From the NCBI GenBank assembly GCA_002269645.1, contig NIVC01001711.1, positions 1-64,000 on the forward strand: 64,000 nucleotides of DNA, read 5' to 3'. Both the position numbers and the translations under genes were made by a program. Positions within the stretch are counted from its first letter, which is position 1. Each line of letters starts with the position of its first letter. The notes beneath the pieces are model-generated. The model saw only the letters and a program-made list of their open reading frames with translations, was not told the DNA's origin and searched no databases. Below, in pieces: positions 1 to 15,114 of this stretch. Origin of the DNA: Macrostomum lignano (Eukaryota).

Positions 1-608
1 GATGCTAGCAGCTTGTTACGATCCTAAACAAGATTCCCACAGGCTCCGGTCAGTCGTTAATCCATGGATCGAATTCCCAGGAAATCCACGGCATTAAATT
101 TCAACGGCAAAGCAGTGGAAAACAACAGTGGGGCAGCCTGCAAAAGCAGAAATCCAAACACCGTTGCTGCACCTCTGCCTCCTTGAGCCAAAATCCCAGT
201 ACTGCATCCGCCCCATCTCATCAGGGCCAAACAGACCTAAATAATGAACTTGAGCTGCACCCAGTCCAGGCTCCCATTGTGGTCAGGCACGCTTCGCCGT
301 TAATTTCGACTCGCCTTTGACTGAACTATTTTTCTGCTGAAGAAAGTCAGTCAGCAAATGGCTGGATTTCTGCGAACAGCCGCAGGTTCTGGCCGAGACT
401 TCAACTGAAATTTGTTTGTTTTAAACATTCTTTTCCATATTTGCACAGTTGGAGACTTTGTAGCTCAAATCAAAAATTTTTTTGAGGGAAGAAATTTCAC
501 TTGACCTTTGCTGGCCTCTTTGCAAGGACTGCCTGCTCTCCGGCTGTTTGCTGTGGCTCTCCAGGCGCCTCTTAATCGGCTCTTGCTTCCTCTCTTGTTC
601 CTGCATGC

Positions 609-793
609 TCACCCTGTGTCACATTCTGTCACCCTGTGTCACCCTGTGTCACATTTTGTCACCCTGTGTCACCCTGTGTCACATTCTGTCACCCTGTGTC
701 ACCCTGTGTCACATTCTGTCACCCTGTGTCACCCTGTGTCACCCTGTGTCACCCTGTGTCACCCTGTGTCACCCTGTGTCACCCTGTGTCACC
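609..793. repeat. 10-bp minisatellite (CACCCTGTGT/CACATTCTGT)n, about 18 copies
   Basis: Tandem decamers read directly; they explain the overlapping low-complexity ORFs at 482-926. Confidence 0.95.
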
Positions 794-937
794 ATCTGCC
801 TCCCTGTCACTTTTACTCATCCCACCTTTAATCGTGTTTTACCCTTTCTTACCTCACTACTTTTTCTCATACTCAATATCTTCTGTCATGCACCCAACAA
901 TCTCAGGTGACGGCTGTCCCGTCTGAAGCCTTTTTGT

Positions 938-949
938 GCCAGGTAAAAT
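938..949 (+). repeat. Left target-site duplication GCCAGGTAAAAT of the LINE
   Basis: Identical 12-mer at 6865-6876, directly after the element's 3' tail. Confidence 0.9.
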
Positions 950-1474
950 GTGCCAGGCACGCGAAGGCGTATTCAGCATGCCAGTGAAGTATGAGACAGA
1001 CTAGGCCCATGGGCTAAGGTCTGCGATGCTTCACGCCTGCCCCTATCTTCAGCAGGTCAAGGCTGGTGGGAGGTCTGCACCCTCTATTTGCCTCTGGCAG
1101 CCGCAGACCCCCCCCCCACGCTGTCTCGCAAGTCGACCCAGGGTACTCGTCCCCGCGTGTGTTCAAGGCAGTCCCTAGGGCTGCTGGACAGACTGGGCTC
1201 CGGCGCTGGCGACCCTATCCAGTGGCTTCGGCCGAATTTGGGTATGCGGGTCTGGCTCGCCAACCTGCAGGCCGTGGTACTGCTCAACGTACTCTCTAAT
1301 GCCTAAGGTGTTGACCGTGCCGATGGGCTGGAAGGCCGGGGAGTAGTCCGGTCGCAAGCGGTCCCCCTCCTGGTGTCGGGCCAGCCTTGAGGGTGCTATT
1401 GGCCTACTGCCCGGTCAGGTGGAGCGGCCGGGTGGGTACCGCGCCCCTTTGAGGGTAGCCCACCAACCTTTATC

Positions 1475-2896
1475 ATGGCCTTCGAGCCGTCTATGGATAA
1501 ACAAGCTATTTCTAGGGACGGGGACCCTTCTAAACCCCAACCTCAGTCCGAAGGACCGGCCGGCCCTGCTGGCAGATCCCAACCGACTGATTCAACTGTG
1601 GCAAAGGAAGGACCGGCTGGCTCTGCTGGCAGATCCGACCAGAGCTACCAAACTCAAAATACCCAAAGACCTGCCAGCTCCGCTGGTGGATCTAAGGGAA
1701 CCGCGAGCTCTGAGCCTAAAGGACCGGCCAAATCTGGCAGATCCGATGAAGCTCAGCGGGCTCGGCTTGAGCGCAAACGCGCTAAACAACGCGCCAAAAG
1801 GCAGGCCAAGAAGGGAGCTGCGGGGGCCAAAGCGGCGGCGTCCACCATGGATGCTGAAGCGACTGGCGTCCCAAGGCAACCAGACGGGCCGGCCGGTGGA
1901 AGCTCCGGTAGTTCAGCGGCGGCGCTCCCTGGAGATGCTGCTGCGGCTGCTGAGGCCGAAACCACGGCGCAACAAATGGCCACTGCCAACAAGGAGGTTC
2001 CTTCGGGAGCTACCTTTGCGGCGAAGGCCAAGGCCAAAATCCCGGGAGTGATCATCCAAGGTCGCGACCAGGACTGGACCACTGATCAGCTTCAAAAAGT
2101 GTGGAGTGCTGTTGACTCCTATCTGATTGAGCTGACTGTCGAGGAGGGAATCTCCATCGGCATTGAGCGGATGGTGCTGCGAAGCACATTCGTTCTTATT
2201 GCTCCTAGCAGCGAGGAGGACGCTCGGCGGCTGCTCCAGCGGCTACCGACGGTCTCCTTGGATGCTGACCTTGGCGGAGCTCTTTTTCTTCGCGAGGGCC
2301 AGCGTCCAAAGACGATACCCTACCGGTATGTGGTTTTCGTCCCTGCTAAGAGCACCGCAGCTGGACCAGACGTTATTCGCCGGGTCCTACTGCGTCTGAA
2401 CCCCGACCTCCCTGCTAGTGGACTGGTGTATCACCGCAAAGTCCGCAGGGGGGAGACGGGCAACTCAATTGTCCTCGGCCTTTCCAGCACTTGGGCGAGT
2501 CGGTACCCTAATGGATCCTCTTTCCAGCTGGGTGCCCTCAAGCTCAAGATGCGCCGAGGAAAGTCTGCCAAAGGGAAGGCTACTGCCAACCCCGGCATCT
2601 CCGGCAAGAGCGGGGCGCAGTCTAAGGCCCAAGGAAAGGCGCAAGCCGATCCCAAAGCCAAAGCTGCATCTCGCCCCTCTGCTAGCAGCAGTTCGGCGAC
2701 CGCGGTAACGGCTCCGGCCAAGCCCCGGGAACCAAACCTGCCAGTCGGAGAAGGAGTTGAGGACGAGGCCGGGTCTTCGGAATCCGAGCTCTCCTCGGCC
2801 ACCCTGGTGGGGTCTGAAGGTAAAGATGCAGGTGAGGAAGCTTCCTCCATCCTGTCATCGGAGCCTGAGGACTCTGCTGGGGGGGCGGTGGGGTGA
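1475..2896 (+). CDS. LINE ORF1 (Gag-like nucleic-acid-binding protein), 473 aa as assembled, probably 502 aa ending at 2984 after removing 1 nt
   Basis: Long ORF upstream of ORF2 with low-complexity ends, a basic RAKQRAKRQAKK segment and a central folded region (IPGVIIQG...VIRRVLLRLNPDLPASGLVY) reminiscent of DUF4780-type LOA ORF1s (from memory). No CCHC knuckle is seen. Confidence 0.85.
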   Translation: MAFEPSMDKQAISRDGDPSKPQPQSEGPAGPAGRSQPTDSTVAKEGPAGSAGRSDQSYQTQNTQRPASSAGGSKGTASSEPKGPAKSGRSDEAQRARLERKRAKQRAKRQAKKGAAGAKAAASTMDAEATGVPRQPDGPAGGSSGSSAAALPGDAAAAAEAETTAQQMATANKEVPSGATFAAKAKAKIPGVIIQGRDQDWTTDQLQKVWSAVDSYLIELTVEEGISIGIERMVLRSTFVLIAPSSEEDARRLLQRLPTVSLDADLGGALFLREGQRPKTIPYRYVVFVPAKSTAAGPDVIRRVLLRLNPDLPASGLVYHRKVRRGETGNSIVLGLSSTWASRYPNGSSFQLGALKLKMRRGKSAKGKATANPGISGKSGAQSKAQGKAQADPKAKAASRPSASSSSATAVTAPAKPREPNLPVGEGVEDEAGSSESELSSATLVGSEGKDAGEEASSILSSEPEDSAGGAVG

Positions 2897-3023
2897 GGAG
2901 GCCATGGACGTCGACCAACTCCCATCTCCCAGTCAAGCCCCAGCGGCCTGGGACGAGGACGATCTGTTGTCCAAGTCTCCTTGATGGCCCTGGGCTCTAG
3001 CCAGAAATTGCATTTAATACAGT

Positions 3024-6000
3024 ATGACTAAGCTCCACGCTGCCAAAGGAGCGACATTCTGTCTGCAAATTAATTTACAGCATTGCGTATCTGCGTCAGT
3101 AAATCTGATGAAGATTGCTGAGCTGTACAGGCCAGGCCTCATCCTGATCCAGGAACCCTGGATGCGCAACGGTAAGTTGCCCAACATTCCCTCTGGCTAC
3201 TCTGATTTTTATGTGTGTGGCCCGGGGAACAGTCGCCCTAGAGCGGCTATCCTCGCTGCTAGCCATCTCCAGGCTTGGCTGAGGACTGATCTCTCTGATG
3301 GAGACCTTTGCGTCATCCAATCTAATCATTTCTCTCCGCGTACGTGTCTTGTTGCCTCGGTTTATATCCCAGGCGACAGAGACCCTGCTCCTGAGAGTTT
3401 ACTGCGCCTCGCGCAGTACTGCGAGTCCCAGAACGCTGAGCTGTGCTTAGGGGGCGACCTCAACGCGCACCACAAGCACTGGGGCAGCAAAGATACCAAC
3501 ACTAGAGGAGAGGAGCTTCTGGCCCTCATCTCTAACACAAACCTCATGCTCTGCAACCGCGGCAGCACTCCTACCTTTAATAATGGCAGATGGACTGAGG
3601 TCCTCGACGCCACACTCGTTACCCCAAGACTCTTTGACAGAGTTGAGGAGTGGAGAGTCTGGTCTGAGGAGCCCTCCCTGTCTGACCACTGCTTTATCGC
3701 CTTTAACATCGCGGACACTAAAACCCAGTCTCCGATCACTTGGAGACGCAATATCCGCAACACTGATTGGGCGGCCTACAAGGCTGCCCTTGATCTGCAC
3801 CTGCAGGAACTCACGGACTTACGTCCGATTGAGACCTGCGAGGATGTGGATCATATGGCTGAGACGCTGACAGGTTGCATTATTGAAGCCTACGAAGCGG
3901 CTTGTCCTGCTCGCGCCTACAAAGGCAAGACCTCGGCGCCGTGGTGGAACCCGGAGCTGGGGAAACTCAGGCGGAAGGCCAAAAGCCTTCATCGCCGTGC
4001 CATGAAGACCGGAAACCCGGAGGACATGGAGCTTTTCCGGCAAGCCTCCCGCAATTTCAAATCTGAAGTGCGCAAGGCCAAGGAATGTAAGTGGCGCCAA
4101 TTCTGCAATGAATTGGATCAAGACAGACCTACTTCTAGGCTTGTCAAGGCCCTTACAATGGACAAAATGTCCAAATTAGCCATGATCAAAAAAGATGATG
4201 GCTCTCTTACTAAAGACCCTGAAGAAGTGCTTCAGCATATGCTTAGCACATTCTTCCCGAGGGTACCTACTGCTAGACCGGAGCCCAACCATTCGATGGA
4301 TGGAGCCACCCTAGCGGCGGGCATTGTCACTGAAGACCTAATCGCTCGTGCGGTCAGAACCTTCAAGCCCTTCAAATCTCCTGGACCTGATGGTATCTAC
4401 CCTGTTCTCCTTCGTGAAGCAGCCAAGATACCCTCGTTCCTGAGACTCACCCGCAATCTTATGCGGGCCTCTATCCAGCTGGGATACGTTCCCAAATGCT
4501 GGACTGAAGCTCGGGTAGTCTTTATTCCCAAACCTGGGAAGGGTGACTACCAAAGCGTCAAGGCCTTCCGGCCTATTAGCTTAACGTCAGCAATGCTTAA
4601 GCTCACTGAGAGGCTTATTCTCTGGCGGCTGCTGTCCTGCGAGCTGACAGCGATGCCCCTCAGCAATAATCAGCACGCCTTCCGTACCGGGAGGTCGACT
4701 GACAGCGCCTTGCATGCGATTGTCGAGAAGATTGAAAGGGCGGTACTGGGTGACGGTTACGCTCTGGCTCTCTTTCTTGACATTGTTGGCGCCTTCGACA
4801 ACGTTATCTTTGAAGCGTTTCAGAGGGCCCTTCAAAATCGCAAAGCTCATGCTACCCTCATACGGTGGATCATGTACATGATCTCCAACCGTACGGTCAC
4901 TGCCCAACTTCTTGGGCAAACTGCCTCCACAGAGTCTGTAAGGGTGGACCCCAAGGCGGAGTCCTCACCCCGACGCTCTGGAACCTGGTCATGGACGCTC
5001 TTTTGAGTGACTCCCGACCCGACCCCGTCTTCAAAGTCGGGTATGCTGATGACGTCACGGCCATTGTGGCAGGACCGTCTCCCAGCACGCTCAGGGATCT
5101 GATGCAGAGCTTTATCCGCAAAGCAGAATCCTGGGCCAATGACAATGGTCTGGAACTCTCTGAGCCCAAAACCGTTGCCATTATGTTTACCAGCAGACTA
5201 CGCTGGAACATACGTCCTCTGCAGCTCTACGGCAGAGATATTGCCTTCGCGCACCAGACCAGATGTCTCGGGGTCATACTTGACCACCGGCTCAACTGGT
5301 CCTCCCACGTGAAAGCAAAAGCCAAGCGTGCCTCAGCCATCCTGGCCCAGCTCCGACGAGCACTTGGCACTTCTTGGGGTCTATCCCCAAAGCGGCTTTG
5401 GTGGATCTATACTTCCGTAGTTAGACCTGCCATTACGTACGCCTCTGTTGTCTGGGTTAGCGCTACCCAGGTCAAAAGCCATGCAGACCTGCTCAACACG
5501 ATCCAAGGCAGAGCGTGTAGGCTCATCTGCAACGCCACCAGGTCCACGCCCTTTGCTGGCATGGGGGCCTTCCTTAATCTTCCGCCTCTTGACCTCTTCA
5601 TCAGGGGTGAGGCGGCTAGAACGACGCGGCGTCTAATTGATGCCGGCGTCAAATTCATTTACATGAGAGCACCTGCTAAGCGGAACCTTGTCCCGCATAG
5701 CGATCTGTGCCTCAACTTTCTCAACGAGTGTCAGGCCAATCGCGTCTTCACCGATGGCATTGCCTCAACGCTCAACCTGAGACAGCGCTACTCCGTAGCT
5801 ATCGACTCGCGCGATAACATCAATGACCAATGGAACCCTGGTGAGCTTCATTGCTACACCGACGGTTCTAAGCAGTCAGCCAACACCGGCTTTGGTGTTG
5901 GAATCTTTCTGAACGGGAGGGTCATCGCTACCCACGCTCAATACACTGGGGTCAACTCCAGTGTTTTCCAAAATGAAGTTCTGGCCATCAGCTCCTGCAC

Positions 6001-6763
6001 TGCAGAGCTTCTCGCCACTGGCGTTACTGGTAAGAACATCATTTTCCATTCGGACAGCCAAGCTGCCTTGCACGCCATCAGTGGCTGCAGCACCAACTCT
6101 GCTACAGTCCTCGACTGTATCAAACTCCTCAACATGTTGGGTTCCGCCAACAAAATTACCCTTAAGTGGGTTCCGGGGCATGTGGGGATCCGAGGAAATG
6201 AGTTGGCTGACACCCTTGCAAAAGTTGGTGCCTCCGGCTCCTCTCTCGGCCCCGAACCTCTTGTCCCGATTCCTGGCTGTGTCATCGACTCGCGCATCAA
6301 AGCGTGGATCAGGACTCAGCACCGCTCGACTTGGGCGAACCGCACGAACTGCAGGCAATCCAGAGGCGCTGTCCCTCAGCCCTCTCACCAGCTCCGGAAG
6401 CTCCTCTTGCGCCTCTCGCGCAGAGACATCCGGGCTGCCACCATGACCCTCTCTGGTCACGGCTGCTTCTCCAGGCACCAGTACCTGCAGGGCAACGCCA
6501 CCAACGCCACCTGTAGTTTCTGCAACTCAGGTGACGAAACCGCTGAGCATTTCGTCAGCATCTGTCCCGCCTTCACGCGGGCCAGACTCACTTACCTCGG
6601 GCCACACACATCTATTACTGAAGCGTGCAAACCCGAAAACTTTAATCAGCTCATGCGCTACCTTCGGGCCACCCGCAGGGCTGAACTCTCCTTTCCAGAG
6701 AGCACCATAGCTGCTGGCGACACTGGGGGACCTCCCTGGGCGGCGCCAACCCTCCGTCCATAG
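3024..6763 (+). CDS. LINE ORF2 polyprotein (APE endonuclease, reverse transcriptase, RNase H, CCHC), split by a 1-nt frameshift at about 4941-4944
   Basis: APE: QINLQH, IQEPW, GDLNAHH, SDH. RT: KSPGPDG, FRPISL, FLDIVGAFD, PQGGVLTP, YADD. RNase H: YTDGS, DSQAAL, WVPGHVGIRGNELAD. Zn knuckle: CSFC...ETAEHFVSIC. Adding one base at the AGGG run joins 3024-5006 and 4865-6763 into 1246 aa. Confidence 0.93.
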
Positions 6764-6864
6764 CGACGCGTCGGCCGTTCAGGGACTAGCGGAATGGGCG
6801 CCCGCGCCTTCCCGCTGTGTCCCCTTCGGGACAGCCCTGCAGCTAAGTCAAGTAAGTAAGTCAA

Positions 6865-6876
6865 GCCAGGTAAAAT
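6865..6876 (+). repeat. Right target-site duplication GCCAGGTAAAAT
   Basis: Matches 938-949 exactly. Confidence 0.9.
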
Positions 6877-7000
6877 TCCCCATTCTTTCGTTGTATCTTC
6901 AAGTTTCGGCCCCCAATAGGCATGCACTGGCAAAAGCACTGCTTCACAAGGATTGCAGAAGCCGAAAGCATAGTTAGAGTTGATGCTTGGAATGAACTTT

Positions 7001-7321
7001 GGTGCTGGCGCCCCTGGTGTTGGCGCCCCTGGTGCTGGCGCCCCTGGTGCTGGCGCCCCTGGTGCTGGCGCCCCTGGTGCTGGCGCCCCTGGTGCTGGCG
7101 CCCCTGGTGCTGGCGCCCCTGGTGCTGGCGCCCCTGGTGCTGGCGCCCCTGGTGCTGGCGCCCCTGGTGCTGGCGCCCCTGGTGCTGGCGCCCCTGGTGC
7201 TGGCGCCCCTGGTGCTGGCGCCCCTGGTGCTGGCGCCCCTGGTGCTGGCGCCCCTGGTGCTGGCGCCCCTGGTGCTGGCGCCCCTGGTGCTGGCGCCCCT
7301 GATGCTGGCGCCCCTGGTGCT
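7001..7321. repeat. 15-bp minisatellite (GGTGCTGGCGCCCCT)n, about 21 copies
   Basis: Near-perfect tandem array. Confidence 0.97.
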
Positions 7322-8010
7322 TCAGCCAATCTGCATGTCAACTGCGGCCTCAGCTTCCTGAATCGAAAAGAAGATTTCCATTCCAACTCAAATATTTCCC
7401 AAACGTCCACCCAGATTCTCCCTACTCCAATGTTGAGCATGAGTCGGTGGCTCAAGCAAGGCGGAACATGTAAAAGAGAGACTCGCTGAGTCGAATACTA
7501 AAACAGGCCAGCTGTCTACGGGGAGTAGAAACAGACTCCCCTGATGAGGCGGACTTCGACTCAGAATAGAAGTGGAAGAAGTCACAGACGGTTGCACTGG
7601 TGGGGTGTCCAGTCTCTCTGAGCGTGACGTGACTGTTCCCCAACAACTAAAGCCAGAAATGAAGTTGCGAGTTGAAAAAATCAGCAATGAGCAGAGAAAG
7701 CTTGTAAAAAATTTCTTCATTCTTTCGGCATCCACGCTTGCGGAGGTGTCTGGCCAGCAACTTGATTAAACTCCATTCCCTGAGCTCGACAGAGCACGCA
7801 AGCTTACTGAGGTTATTTGACTTCCTCAGTAAAGTACATTGTGTACTTGTCAATATCTGCTAATTGATTTTCAAATTTAGAAAGTGAAATTGAAAAGAAG
7901 CTTTTTAAATTAAAAAAACAAATTAAAATGCAAAACTGACTGACGAACTGAAAAAGAAAGGATAATCAAGATGAGACGACAGGCTAAACCAATTTTCGTG
8001 CGCCAAGGTA

Positions 8011-8170
8011 CCCGGGTTCGAATCCGTGCTCAGAAATTGGGACCGAGTTCGAATCCGTGCACTCGGAAATAGGCCCCGGGTTCGAATCCGTGCAGTGCAG
8101 TGCTCGGAAATAGGTCCCGGATTCGAATCCGTGCAGTGCTCAGTAATAGGCCCCGGGTTCGAATCCGGGG
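8011..8170 (+). repeat. Five degenerate tandem units, each with a tRNA T-loop/Pol III B-box motif (G(G/A)TTCGAATCC-like)
   Basis: Motifs at 8015, 8046, 8079, 8120 and 8156; no A-box or cloverleaf. Confidence 0.75.
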
Positions 8171-8490
8171 TAGAGACATAGGTAGAGAGAGAGGTAGACA
8201 CTGGTAGAGAGAGGTAGACACAGGTAGAGAGAGAGAGGTAGACACAGGTAAAGAGAGGTAGACACAGGTAGAGAGAGAGAGGTAGACACAGGTAAAGAGA
8301 GGTAGACACAGGTAGAGAGAGAGAGGTAGACACAGGTAAAGAGAGGGGTAGACACAGGTAGAGAGAGGGGTAGACACAGGTAGAGAGAGGTAGACACAGG
8401 TAGAGAGAGAGGTAGACACCGGTAGAGAGAGAGGTAGACACAGGTAGAGAGAGGTAAACACAGGTAGAGAGATTTAGACACAGGTAGAGA

Positions 8491-8574
<84 letters not shown>

Positions 8575-8580
8575 CACAGT
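8168..8580. repeat. AG-rich minisatellite (GTAGACACAGGTAGAGAGAGAG-like) grading into (AG)n
   Basis: Read directly. Confidence 0.92.
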
Positions 8581-9060
8581 TAGAGAGTTGTACTCGTAAA
8601 CACCCTAAAGGCAAAAGCAGAAAGATTTCAATTAGTAAAAATTCATATTTATCTAAGCAGTCGCCACTACTAACAGTAAGTAGCAAAACATTTAATGTAG
8701 TTAAATGTAATGATCAAATGAATCAATTGATCATTAATCAATCAATCAATGAAAATAGTCATAAATTCTATTTATAACATTTTAAAAGTTGAATTACAGA
8801 CCAGCACTTACTTCTAGCCATCAAAACCTTGAACTCGCATTAGAAATTTAAAATTGCCGACAATTAAATATCAGTAATCAATTAGTGTACATTTAAAGCG
8901 GTTAAAGTTAAAATTGATAAGCATCTGATGCCAAAATAAGCAAAAGTATCAATCTAACAATATTATATAGGGTTAGTTTACGTTCTGTTTATCGCCATTT
9001 CAACACTTCAGCCATGGTTTTCCCGCGGATATTCCGCTCTTTGGGCGCCTTTGTTTTTAT

Positions 9061-14771
<5,711 letters not shown>

Positions 14772-14853
14772 CTTTGTTTAAAAGTAGGTTTTGAAGGATG
14801 GAATTACTAAATTTATTGTACTGTTGTGATCCAATATAATGAATTAGTACGTT

Positions 14854-15052
<199 letters not shown>

Positions 15053-15114
15053 GCATTATATACTTTATTGTATTTTGGTGCCACTGCACTGGACCTATTT
15101 GATGCATTACTTAC

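Larger units (their letters stand above)
950..6864 (+). mobile_element. Full-length non-LTR retrotransposon, I group with RNase H (probably LOA clade)
   Basis: 12-bp TSD; 525-nt 5' UTR; ORF1; ORF2 with APE, RT, RNase H and CCHC motifs; short 3' UTR; TAAG/TCAAG tail at 6844-6865. The clade is inferred from the QINLQH-type APE start, RNase H and ORF1 architecture. Confidence 0.93.

Noticed and set aside
950-1474. HDV-like ribozyme at the LINE 5' end
   Set aside because: L3-like motifs (TTCACGC 1030, TCCCCGC 1150) lack a closing P3, and the P1 candidate (TGCCAG/CTGGCA) is not followed by the P1.1 GG.
1592-6516. Antisense and alternative-frame ORFs within the LINE
   Set aside because: Expected shadows of GC-rich coding DNA with no recognisable motifs.
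7520-7570. Hammerhead ribozyme (GAAAC...CTGATGAG); CTGATGA also at about 11120, 23925 and 57842
   Set aside because: The order and spacing of the core motifs cannot accommodate stems I-III.
8011-8170. tRNA gene
   Set aside because: Only the T-loop/B-box is present; there is no acceptor stem, D-arm or anticodon arm.
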